This document shows, one piece after another, positions 45,067-52,934 of a stretch of 64,000 nt of DNA. Every line of letters starts with the position of its first letter. The stretch's first letter is position 1. The notes beneath the pieces are model-generated. The model saw nothing but the letters and a program-made list of their open reading frames with translations. It was not told where the DNA came from and did no database searches. This DNA comes from an uncultured Maribacter sp. (GTDB lineage Bacteria > Bacteroidota > Bacteroidia > Flavobacteriales > Flavobacteriaceae): contig CAYGPR010000004.1 in the NCBI GenBank assembly GCA_964351985.1, positions 67,988 through 131,987 on the forward strand. The letters run 5' to 3'. The position numbers were made by a program, and so were the translations under genes.

Positions 45067-46884
45067 ATGGGTTTAGTGACCGCAAAAGAGGTGGCCAAGG
45101 CTATCAATCTTGATAAGTATGGCTTCTTGGGCACCTTCATGTCATGGGTGCTGATGAAGGTCACTAGAATTTCAAGTATCAATTCTTTTTATGACGGAAG
45201 CAAGCATTTAGAAAAATTGGAATTCCTAGATGCGATTTTAAAACATTACGAAATCGATTTTGAAATTCCGGAAGACGATTTTAAACGCTTGCCGAAAGAA
45301 GGTCCATTTATCACAATTTCAAATCATCCCTTGGGAGGAATCGATGGAGTATTGTTATTGAAATTGCTCGTATCTCAGCGCTCTGATTTCAAAATCATCG
45401 CCAATTTTCTGTTACATCGCATAGAGCCCATGGCACCCTATATAATGCCTGTGAATCCGTTTGAAGACCGGAAAGATGTAAAAAGTAGTCTGGCCGGCTT
45501 CAAGAATGCCATGTTGCATCTGCGTGAAGGGCATCCCTTAGGTATTTTCCCTGCCGGGGAAGTTTCTACCTATAAAGACGGAAAATTAATAGTCGATAAA
45601 CCTTGGGAGGAAGCCGCACTGAAGTTGATCCGGAAGGCAGAAGTACCTGTGGTACCTATTTATTTTCATGCCAGAAACAGCAAGTTTTTCTATTGGCTTT
45701 CAAAAATGAACGACATTTTTAGAACGGCCAAATTACCCTCTGAAGTATATTCGCAAAAAAACCGACCTATAAAAGTTAGGATCGGACAGCCCATTTCGGT
45801 CGCGGCACAAAAAGAAGAGGAAACCTTGGAAGCGTTCACCGAACTTTTACGCAAAAAAACCTACATACTGGCCAATGCCTATGAAAAAGAACGCCTAATA
45901 GACCAAATTCCTACTACCCTGAAAATCCCGAAAACTCCCAGAAAAATTGCCATGGCCGTTCGTACCGAGGTCATTCAGGGAGAAATCGAAAAACTTCGTG
46001 AAAAAGACTGTCGTTTGTTGCAAAGTAAGAATTACGAAGTCTTTTTGGCACAGGCGCATGATATGCCCTTTATTTTAAAGGAAATTGGGCGACAGCGCGA
46101 GGTTACTTTCCGGGCAATAGGCGAGGGCACTAACAATTCTATAGATCTGGATATTTTCGATGAGTATTATCATCACCTGTTTCTATGGGACGATGAGGAA
46201 AAGACTATTGTAGGCGCTTATCGTATGGGTATGGGATCCGAGATTTTTGCTAAATTCGGAATCGATGGATTCTATTTACAAGACCTCTTTCGGTTCGAGC
46301 CCGAACTTTTCCCCATGATGGAAAAATCCATTGAAATGGGTAGGGCCTATATCGTCAAAGAGTACCAACAAAAACCAATGCCACTATTTTTGTTATGGAA
46401 GGGCATCGTACATACCACCCTAAGGCACCCTGAGCATAAATACTTGATAGGTGGGGTGAGTATCAGCAACCAGTTTTCGAACTTTTCTAAATCGTTGATG
46501 ATCGAGTTTATGAAATCGAACTATTGGGATCCCTATGTGGCGCAATATGTAAGACCGAAAAAAGAATTCAAGGTAAAACTTAACGATGCCGATAAGGAAT
46601 TTGTATTCGACGAGACCGAGGCAGACCTCAATAAGTTCGATCGTTTGATCAATGAAGTAGAACCAGGCGACCTTCGATTACCCGTTCTCATTAAAAAGTA
46701 TATCAAACAAAATGCGAAAGTGGTCGCTTTTAACGTGGATCCGTTATTCAACAATGCCGTCGATGGTTTGATGTACATAAAGATTGCCGATTTGCCCGAA
46801 AGTACTGTAAAACCTGTTATGGAGGAGTTTCAGGCAGAGCTTGAGCGTAAGTTTATGGAGGCCCAGGATAATGGTAGTGCTTAA
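45067..46884 (+). CDS. Bifunctional acyltransferase: N-terminal PlsC-like O-acyltransferase fused to C-terminal OlsB/GNAT-like N-acyltransferase (OlsF-like aminolipid synthase)
   Basis: HX4D motif SNHPLGGIDG plus FPAGEVS in the N-terminal half. The C-terminal half has an OlsB-like region (REVTFRAIGEGT...YRMG...YLQDLF). The architecture matches the OlsF type described in Flavobacteria. Confidence 0.6.
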   Translation: MGLVTAKEVAKAINLDKYGFLGTFMSWVLMKVTRISSINSFYDGSKHLEKLEFLDAILKHYEIDFEIPEDDFKRLPKEGPFITISNHPLGGIDGVLLLKLLVSQRSDFKIIANFLLHRIEPMAPYIMPVNPFEDRKDVKSSLAGFKNAMLHLREGHPLGIFPAGEVSTYKDGKLIVDKPWEEAALKLIRKAEVPVVPIYFHARNSKFFYWLSKMNDIFRTAKLPSEVYSQKNRPIKVRIGQPISVAAQKEEETLEAFTELLRKKTYILANAYEKERLIDQIPTTLKIPKTPRKIAMAVRTEVIQGEIEKLREKDCRLLQSKNYEVFLAQAHDMPFILKEIGRQREVTFRAIGEGTNNSIDLDIFDEYYHHLFLWDDEEKTIVGAYRMGMGSEIFAKFGIDGFYLQDLFRFEPELFPMMEKSIEMGRAYIVKEYQQKPMPLFLLWKGIVHTTLRHPEHKYLIGGVSISNQFSNFSKSLMIEFMKSNYWDPYVAQYVRPKKEFKVKLNDADKEFVFDETEADLNKFDRLINEVEPGDLRLPVLIKKYIKQNAKVVAFNVDPLFNNAVDGLMYIKIADLPESTVKPVMEEFQAELERKFMEAQDNGSA

Positions 46885-47300
46885 GAAAGTTCTCTCTCAA
46901 CGAAGTCTTCGCAAAAATCCCTAATATCGTTTCTAGCCTTTTCAAAGGCCGCATGCTTTTCTTCTTCGCTTCCCGATACTTTAGATGGGTCAAAGAAATT
47001 GTGATGAATCCGTTTAGCATTCTTTGAAGGGATGAACGGACAATTTTTTTTGGCGTGATCGCAAACGGTGATGATATAGTCCCAATCAATACCTTCGTAT
47101 TCATCAACATGGTTCGAAGTGTGAGATATTATATCGATACCATCTTCGGCCATGATGGAGACTGCACCAGGGTTAAGACCATGGGTCTCTATGCCCGCAC
47201 TATAGATTTTAGCGCTACCCTTGGCTAATCGTTCCAAATAACCATGGGCCATTTGACTTCGGCACGAGTTTCCGGTACAGAGTACGAGTATGTTTTTCAT
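46881..47300 (-). CDS. arsC: Arsenate reductase, LMW-PTPase/thioredoxin-coupled type
   Basis: CTGNSCRSQMA P-loop plus downstream cysteines (ITVCDHAKKNCP), as in the pI258/Bacillus ArsC class. Confidence 0.85.
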   Translation of the reverse strand: MKNILVLCTGNSCRSQMAHGYLERLAKGSAKIYSAGIETHGLNPGAVSIMAEDGIDIISHTSNHVDEYEGIDWDYIITVCDHAKKNCPFIPSKNAKRIHHNFFDPSKVSGSEEEKHAAFEKARNDIRDFCEDFVERELS

Positions 47301-47307
47301 GTATTTT

Positions 47308-47328
47308 GGTTAAGGGTTAAGGGTTAAG
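47308..47328. repeat. Tandem heptamer (GGTTAAG) x3
   Basis: GGTTAAGGGTTAAGGGTTAAG followed by GGGG. It fills most of the 36-nt spacer between the GNAT gene stop and the arsC start. Confidence 0.9.
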
Positions 47329-47336
47329 GGGGTTCT

Positions 47337-47843
47337 CTAAATGCCCACTACTTTACTTCGTCTTTCAAAAAGCACGTTGTCTTTCCAAATACCATCTAGT
47401 TCACCGACGCGCTCCCGCTTTCCGATACATCGAAAACCGACCTGTTCATGAAGTCTGATGCTTCCCATGTTTTCTGGGAAAATCCCTGATTGTAAGGTCC
47501 ATATTCCGTCTTTTTCGCTCTCGGCTATCAAGGTTTCCATTAATATTTTACCTACTCCCATTCCACGACTGTTTTGTCCAACGTACACGCTGACCTCTGC
47601 AACACCTCCATAGACACATCTGCTAGATACCGGCGAAAGTGCTGCCCAACCTAATATGTAGTCTTCATTTACGGCTACCAGTCTACAGGTTTTCATATGG
47701 GCCGAATCCCAAGATTCATAGGTGGGAACATTTTTTTCAAAGGTGGCAAAACCTGTTGCAATACCTTCTTTATAGATTTGTGAAACAGAGGTCCAATCTT
47801 CTGCTTGCATAGGTCGTATTGTAATGTTCACAGTTTCACTCAT
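47337..47843 (-). CDS. GNAT N-acetyltransferase of the phosphinothricin-acetyltransferase / ArsN1-like type
   Basis: PAT-like N-terminus IRPMQAEDWTSVSQIYKEGIATGFATFE and the motif RGMGVGKILMETLI. Lies inside an ars-like operon. Confidence 0.6.
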   Translation of the reverse strand: MSETVNITIRPMQAEDWTSVSQIYKEGIATGFATFEKNVPTYESWDSAHMKTCRLVAVNEDYILGWAALSPVSSRCVYGGVAEVSVYVGQNSRGMGVGKILMETLIAESEKDGIWTLQSGIFPENMGSIRLHEQVGFRCIGKRERVGELDGIWKDNVLFERRSKVVGI

Positions 47844-47844
47844 T

Positions 47845-48417
47845 CTAGCAACAAGTTATTTTTGTTCGATATGAATTCCAAATTGCACGTGGCTTTTTGA
47901 GCATCAAGATAAAATGCAATAGGGCCAATATAATTGCACCAGGAATAACATTTATACTGACGAACGTGAATATTTCGTGGGCCGCTGAAGGTGGAGTGTT
48001 ATGGACAAAAACGATACTAGACCCTATGATCTCTAATTTCAAAGCAAGCACAAGAACTATTGCGGAAAAGTGGAAGGCATTTGAAAAAAGATGAATGATA
48101 TATTCCCATCTAGGTAGCCCACCCATGAAACTTCGGCTATCTTTTTCGGAATAAGCATCTATGCCCAGTACAATTAAGTCCAAACCTACTAGCCCTAGTC
48201 CAATTAAAAACCCAACAAGACTGGTTTCGTTGATAAACAGGAACCATACGATCATGGGAAACAAAATCGCCCGAACCGTATGTGTTTTGTGCTCAAAAAT
48301 GCTTTCATCTCTATTAAAAAGTCCGAACTTGAAAATATGGAGGTAAAGACCATCATACGTCGCCAAGACCATAAAAAGTAACAGACACAACGTGGCTAAA
48401 TAGAACAATATTTCCAT
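47845..48417 (-). CDS. Uncharacterised integral membrane protein (~5-6 TM) ending in Cys-Cys
   Basis: Hydrophobic segments throughout. C-terminus ...YRTKITCC. Its stop lies 1 nt before the start of the GNAT gene. Confidence 0.6.
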   Translation of the reverse strand: MEILFYLATLCLLLFMVLATYDGLYLHIFKFGLFNRDESIFEHKTHTVRAILFPMIVWFLFINETSLVGFLIGLGLVGLDLIVLGIDAYSEKDSRSFMGGLPRWEYIIHLFSNAFHFSAIVLVLALKLEIIGSSIVFVHNTPPSAAHEIFTFVSINVIPGAIILALLHFILMLKKPRAIWNSYRTKITCC

Positions 48418-48429
48418 AATTGGTTTGGT

Positions 48430-48921
48430 TTATGAACAGCATCCACCTTCAGGTGAACAACCAGCTTCCTCATTTATATTTGCTTCAACGGGTACACCAC
48501 AGGTTTCTTTAGCCTTGCAGTCTGTTTTTTCGACTCCGAGTCTCAATAGTAATCTTTCTTCATGAACCTCAAAGTCGTTTACGAACAATTGCGCCGTGTG
48601 AAAATCGGGATTGCTATATTCGAACTTAACTTCTACCCCTTTTTCCATTGGTCTTAGTTTGTCTACTTTGTTCAAAATGCCGAATGCTTTGAAAGCGGAC
48701 ATATATTCACGCTTATCCTTCTCTTCAGGACTTTCCCATAATTGTATGATGGTCTCTTTCCAAATATCGGTTCTCGCACCACAATCGACCGAATCAATGG
48801 TCACGTTTTTAACTTCGGTAATATGATAATTTGCCCCCACAGTTTGTCCGTTTCGATACTCGAAAATGAGACTTTTATTGGGATGGTTTTTTAATAAGGA
48901 TAGAAATTCTTGTGTTTGCAT
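48430..48921 (-). CDS. DUF6428-like protein with Cys-rich C-terminus
   Basis: The core GANYHITEVKNVTIDSVDCG resembles DUF6428 as I remember it from ars loci. Tail: TDCKAKETCGVPVEANINEEAGCSPEGGCCS. Confidence 0.5.
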   Translation of the reverse strand: MQTQEFLSLLKNHPNKSLIFEYRNGQTVGANYHITEVKNVTIDSVDCGARTDIWKETIIQLWESPEEKDKREYMSAFKAFGILNKVDKLRPMEKGVEVKFEYSNPDFHTAQLFVNDFEVHEERLLLRLGVEKTDCKAKETCGVPVEANINEEAGCSPEGGCCS

Positions 48922-48932
48922 GATTCAATTAT

Positions 48933-49256
48933 TTAGCAACAGTTAAATTTTGTTTTGTTAAAAAAGGCGTTTAATAATTCTTGTATCTCCTTCCATTTGC
49001 CAAGGTTGATACAATAGCAAATTTTCTTGCCCTCGATCTCACCTTCAATGAGGTCAATACTTTTCAATTCTTTTAAATGTTGGGATATGGTAGGCTGTGC
49101 AAGCCCGATTTCTTCGACGATGTCATTACATATACAAGATGGCTGCGTACTGACATACTGTAAAATAGCAATACGGGCCGGATGAGCCAATACCTTAAAA
49201 ATCGTGGCCAGCTGGTTTTGTTTCGAATTGAATATCTGTGTTTTGGTAATTCCCAT
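48933..49256 (-). CDS. arsR: ArsR/SmtB-family metalloregulator
   Basis: wHTH segment LAHPARIAILQYV...CICNDIVEEIGLAQPTISQHLKEL. C-terminus ...KFNCC. ATG at 49256 (MGITKTQ...) preferred over the ORF-track 49346. Confidence 0.85.
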   Translation of the reverse strand: MGITKTQIFNSKQNQLATIFKVLAHPARIAILQYVSTQPSCICNDIVEEIGLAQPTISQHLKELKSIDLIEGEIEGKKICYCINLGKWKEIQELLNAFFNKTKFNCC

Positions 49257-49267
49257 CACATATTTAT

Positions 49268-49279
49268 ATATTGCAATAT
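49268..49279. promoter_or_regulatory. Candidate ArsR operator: perfect 12-bp palindrome ATATTGCAATAT
   Basis: Lies 12-23 nt upstream of the arsR ATG. ArsR/SmtB repressors usually bind dyads in their own promoters. Confidence 0.35.
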
Positions 49280-49294
49280 TACGATAATAAAAAT

Positions 49295-49328
49295 ATATAA
49301 AAAAGCTGAATCGTTGAAAATTCAGCTT
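49295..49328 (-). terminator. Rho-independent terminator of the TM2-domain gene
   Basis: The minus-strand RNA reads AAGCUGAAU-uuucaacg-AUUCAGCUU followed by UUUUAUAUAUUUUU. The 9-bp stem is at 49303-49311 / 49320-49328. Confidence 0.7.
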
Positions 49329-49336
49329 CTTGATTT

Positions 49337-49894
49337 TTAAAACCAAGGTTTTCTACCTACTTGATAAGTGTTGTAGAACTCCGCATCTGATTTTGTCAGA
49401 TATATGATACCCTCGATTAGACCGATAAGCCCTGGAATCCAGACAAAAAGTAATCCTAAGCCAAAAAAGCACATCAATACATATGAAGCTACGGTAATCC
49501 CTAGTAATATGAATCCTTCTTTTTGGTAACCCAAAATAAACTTGTGAACTCCTAACGCTCCCAATACTATGGCCAATATACCGGCCAAAATCTTTTTATT
49601 TTCTCCACCGGCCCCACCAAAGGCTTCTTTGGCACTTTCTGTAAACTCATTGGCGGTTTTCTTGGCTTCGTCGGCAAATTCACTTGCCTTTTCTTTGGCA
49701 TCTTCGGCGAATTCTTTCGTCTTTTCCTTGGCACTGTCAAAAGCGTCTTCTGCTTTATCACCAAAATCTTTGGCTTCTTCTTTGCCTTTGTCAAAGGTGT
49801 CTTCGGCCTTATCGCCTAAATTTTCAGCTTTTTTTTTGGCATTGTCCATAGCGTCTTCGGCCATGTCGTCTAAATCTTTAGTATCATCTGACAT
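49337..49894 (-). CDS. TM2-domain membrane protein with N-terminal Lys/Glu/Asp-rich amphipathic repeat region
   Basis: The C-terminal segment GILAIVLGALGVHKFILGYQKEG plus two TM helices is TM2-like. The N-terminal ~95 aa consist of about 11-residue repeats (DKAEDTFDKGKEE, DKAEDAFDSAKEK, EDAKEKASEF, DEAKKTANEF). Confidence 0.65.
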   Translation of the reverse strand: MSDDTKDLDDMAEDAMDNAKKKAENLGDKAEDTFDKGKEEAKDFGDKAEDAFDSAKEKTKEFAEDAKEKASEFADEAKKTANEFTESAKEAFGGAGGENKKILAGILAIVLGALGVHKFILGYQKEGFILLGITVASYVLMCFFGLGLLFVWIPGLIGLIEGIIYLTKSDAEFYNTYQVGRKPWF

Positions 49895-49948
49895 TTCTAT
49901 TGTTTTTGGTGGTTAATACAAGTATTAAATGTAACAAATATTTAGATA

Positions 49949-50335
49949 TCAAAGAAAAGCTTTATCGATGGGTTCCCAAAGTTCCAATTTGTTGCCTTCC
50001 GGATCTAGTATCCATCCGAATTTGCCATATTCGAATTCTTCGATTTCGCCCACTATGGTTACCCCTTCCTCTTTTAAAACGTCCAGCAGCTCGACCAAAT
50101 TTTCTACACGAAAATTCATCATGAACTGTTTTTCGCTAGGCTTGAAGTATGTCGTGTCATCGCTCATGGGGCTCCATTGTGTGGAGCAGTCCCTACCTTC
50201 TTTGTCTTTCCACCAGAATGTCCAGCCATAATTGTCGGTCGGGATTCCCAATCTTTCTTTGTACCATTTTTTTATTCCGTCAGGATCTTCACATTTAAAG
50301 AAGAAACCTCCGAGGCCTGTTACTCTTTTTTTCAT
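49949..50335 (-). CDS. VOC/glyoxalase-family protein
   Basis: 128 aa. Ends in the DPEGNKLELWEP motif typical of glyoxalase/bleomycin-resistance folds. Confidence 0.75.
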   Translation of the reverse strand: MKKRVTGLGGFFFKCEDPDGIKKWYKERLGIPTDNYGWTFWWKDKEGRDCSTQWSPMSDDTTYFKPSEKQFMMNFRVENLVELLDVLKEEGVTIVGEIEEFEYGKFGWILDPEGNKLELWEPIDKAFL

Positions 50336-50348
50336 ACATAAGATTTAT

Positions 50349-50376
50349 TGTCATTCCCACGAAGGCATGAATCTGT
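50349..50376 (+). repeat. Family A-related element variant GTCATTCCCACGAAGGCATGAATCTGTT
   Basis: Shares the GTCATT start and AATCTGTT end with family A. Confidence 0.55.
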
Positions 50377-50434
50377 TAAAGTATTTTATTGGCACCGCCA
50401 AAGGGTTTAATACCACGGCTTGTCTCGAAATTGA

Positions 50435-50482
50435 AAGTTCGTTTCCTTCGAATGCCTTGCGGGCTTGCCCCAAGGTAGTTTA
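50435..50482. repeat. Repeat unit C, copy 2
   Basis: AAGTTCGTTTCCTTCGAATGCCTTGCGGGCTTGCCCCAAGGTAGTTTA aligns with 9211-9253. Internal imperfect hairpin CCTTGCGGGC/GCCCCAAGG. Confidence 0.7.
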
Positions 50483-50502
50483 TTGGATGGAAACTTGGTA
50501 GC

Positions 50503-50961
50503 CTATTTTGCTTTTACATTCTTTTCATAAAGTGCTATCCAATCCTCAACGGTCATTTTCCTACAGAGTTCTGCTATAAGTTCATAAGGAATGGTTTTCA
50601 TGTTCTTTAACCGAATGCAACTTTTGCCGATGTCCAACTTTGTTTTTACGTATTTTGGATATTCCCCAACAAACCAGTCATATAGTTTTTGGTCTGCGTA
50701 AATTCCGGAGTGATAAAGTGCTATGAAGTTCTTTTGGGAAGCCAGATTGATAAAAGGCAACGGTAATTTTGGGTCGCAATGGTATCCATCAGCGTAGGTC
50801 GAATGTGGTACTACCCACCCTAGCATACCATAGCTCATCTGTTCTTTAAAACCTTCTGGAATATTTTTGTTGATGATGCCCCTTATTTTTGAAACCACTG
50901 GCTTTCTTTCTTCGGGAAGTTGTTCGATATATTCTTTTGGAGAAGCCGCTTTGTATTGCAT
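50503..50961 (-). CDS. DUF1801 (YdhG-like) domain protein
   Basis: The N-terminus SPKEYIEQLPEERKPVVSKIRGII is typical of DUF1801. Confidence 0.65.
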   Translation of the reverse strand: MQYKAASPKEYIEQLPEERKPVVSKIRGIINKNIPEGFKEQMSYGMLGWVVPHSTYADGYHCDPKLPLPFINLASQKNFIALYHSGIYADQKLYDWFVGEYPKYVKTKLDIGKSCIRLKNMKTIPYELIAELCRKMTVEDWIALYEKNVKAK

Positions 50962-50963
50962 AA

Positions 50964-51473
50964 CTATTTCGTTTTACGTTGAAGAATCAATGCCGAAAGC
51001 AATGAAATTATAAAACCTATAACAAAAACCATCATCGACATAATGAAAAAATGCGTAATCGGATTCGAGAACATCTCTTTTTCCGATTCGAGTTCCGTTT
51101 TTCGAATTTCAAATTCCTCGGCCGGTAATGACCTGGCCTGGTCGAACATTCTGTCGTAGTAATCCGTCATGAACTCAGGGTTTATGAATTTCACGTAAAT
51201 GACATCCAATATGCCGAAAGCTATGGAGGCCATTAGGCTAATAAGAACACCTATCAATAGGGCCTTTCCGAAACCAACGATACCATTGTTCTCTTTATCG
51301 CGAAAGTGTTTTATACCAAAGAAGACAAAGAGCAATGAAACGACCATTGATGAATAGCCGATAATCTCACCCATTCCGTCATCCGTGACTCCAATAAGGG
51401 CCCAAATTAGAAAAGATAGAAGACAGATGGTTATCGTGCTATAAAGCCCGAAGCGTATGATGGTCCGTTTCAT
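50964..51473 (-). CDS. DUF4199-like membrane protein
   Basis: 169 aa with four TM segments. Layout typical of Bacteroidetes DUF4199. Assigned from memory. Confidence 0.45.
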   Translation of the reverse strand: MKRTIIRFGLYSTITICLLSFLIWALIGVTDDGMGEIIGYSSMVVSLLFVFFGIKHFRDKENNGIVGFGKALLIGVLISLMASIAFGILDVIYVKFINPEFMTDYYDRMFDQARSLPAEEFEIRKTELESEKEMFSNPITHFFIMSMMVFVIGFIISLLSALILQRKTK

Positions 51474-51498
51474 ATTATATAATTTAGACGATTGGGCA

Positions 51499-51506
51499 CA
51501 AATATA
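51499..51506 (-). promoter_or_regulatory. -7 promoter box (TATATTTG on minus strand)
   Basis: The plus strand reads CAAATATA, 25 nt upstream of the ATG at 51473. Confidence 0.4.
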
Positions 51507-51570
51507 ATTTTGCGTACAAAAAAGAGCCTCATACTAAAGTACCAAATCGGCGGCGTCATAGAAGATTTAC

Positions 51571-51981
51571 TTAAATGAGCTGCATTTCTTTGGCTTTTTG
51601 AACGGCCTGTGTCCTGCGCTTGGCATTCAATTTAATGAACAAATTCGAAACGTGTGTCTTTATCGTACTTTCGGAAAGAAACAATCGTTCTCCGATTTCT
51701 TTATTGGAAAGGCCTAAAACAATGCCTTTCAAAACTTCAAATTCCCTTTTACTGAGTTCTGATTCTTTTAATTTCTTGGTAACCAAAGGTGGCCTTTCAG
51801 TTTCAGTTTTCTGCAGACCGTTCTTGTTGAGGTATAGCCCTATAAAGAAAAAGATTATGGCGATTATAGCTATAATCGGTTCAAAGGAAGCATCGCCATA
51901 AGCATAGGCGTAGGTACTTAGTTTGAAAAGCCCAAGTAGGGCAATGATCAGGGTCGTAAAAATGAACAGGGTACGCTTCAC
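51571..51981 (-). CDS. Membrane-anchored LuxR-family HTH regulator (2 TM + LuxR C-terminal DNA-binding domain, no receiver domain)
   Basis: LSKREFEVLKGIVLGLSNKEIGERLFLSESTIKTHVSNLFIKL, preceded by two hydrophobic helices. Confidence 0.8.
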   Translation of the reverse strand: MKRTLFIFTTLIIALLGLFKLSTYAYAYGDASFEPIIAIIAIIFFFIGLYLNKNGLQKTETERPPLVTKKLKESELSKREFEVLKGIVLGLSNKEIGERLFLSESTIKTHVSNLFIKLNAKRRTQAVQKAKEMQLI

Positions 51982-51990
51982 AGCATAAAT

Positions 51991-52932
51991 TTAGTAAAAT
52001 CTAGCCTTTATTTTATCAACAATGACCTGGGCCAATTTGATTTTACTTTCGATTGTCCACCCAGCCACATGAGGAGTGAGCAGAACGTTTTCAGCTTCTA
52101 TCAGATATTTGAAAGCATCGGGAAGTTCGTTATCCTCAATCATGTGTTCAAAAGATGATTTTTCATATTCCAATACATCTAAACCCGCTCCAAGGATTTT
52201 GCCCGATTTCAATGCGGTAACTAAATCTTCGGTGACGACACACTTACCTCTTGCCGTGTTCAACAACCAAATGGCGTTGTGGAATTTATCAATGAATTCG
52301 GTGTCAATCATCCCTAAAGTCGTGGCGGCTTGTGGAACATGAAGGCTTAACACATCGGTTTTCTGATGGAGTTCCATAATACCGACTTGACGTGCATTTT
52401 CATCTTCGATACCTCCCTTAATGTCATAAAAAATGACCTCATCTATATCAAAGCCCCGAAGTTTTTTGGCAAAAGCCTTTCCCATATTGCCATAACCGAT
52501 AATACCTACCGTCTTTCCTTCGAGTTCTAAACCTCGATTGCCCTCGCGATCCCATTTTCCAGAGCGTATTTCTCGATCAGCTTTGTTTAGTTTATTGAAC
52601 AAAGAGAGCAACATTCCCAAGGTGTGTTCTCCTACGGCATTACGATTACCTTCGGGTGCGGCGGCCAGAAAAATCCCTTGTGATCTTGCTTGATCGATAT
52701 CTATATTTTCCAATCCTGCGCCAACACGGCCAATGAACTTAAGGTTTGTCGCTTTTTCTAGAAAAGGTAGGTCAATGGAAAAACGACTGCGGATTATTAG
52801 TCCGTCATATTCATGGATTTTCTTTTCAATTTCTTCTTTTGAGGAAGTGTAATCCTCATGGTTTTCAAAACCAAGGAATGCGAATTGCTCAATGATCAAT
52901 GGATGATTTGTATCAACATGGAGTACCTTCAT
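51991..52932 (-). CDS. D-isomer-specific 2-hydroxyacid dehydrogenase family (phosphoglycerate dehydrogenase-like)
   Basis: NAD-binding motif GIIGYGNMGKAF. Catalytic region NTARG...D...LTPHVAG. Confidence 0.8.
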   Translation of the reverse strand: MKVLHVDTNHPLIIEQFAFLGFENHEDYTSSKEEIEKKIHEYDGLIIRSRFSIDLPFLEKATNLKFIGRVGAGLENIDIDQARSQGIFLAAAPEGNRNAVGEHTLGMLLSLFNKLNKADREIRSGKWDREGNRGLELEGKTVGIIGYGNMGKAFAKKLRGFDIDEVIFYDIKGGIEDENARQVGIMELHQKTDVLSLHVPQAATTLGMIDTEFIDKFHNAIWLLNTARGKCVVTEDLVTALKSGKILGAGLDVLEYEKSSFEHMIEDNELPDAFKYLIEAENVLLTPHVAGWTIESKIKLAQVIVDKIKARFY

Positions 52933-52934
52933 AT

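Noticed and set aside
14520-50376. Could the dispersed short repeats be a CRISPR array?
   Set aside because: The copies are scattered over 36 kb in both orientations with irregular spacing, and each lies in a different intergenic or coding context. There are no regularly spaced direct repeats and no cas genes.
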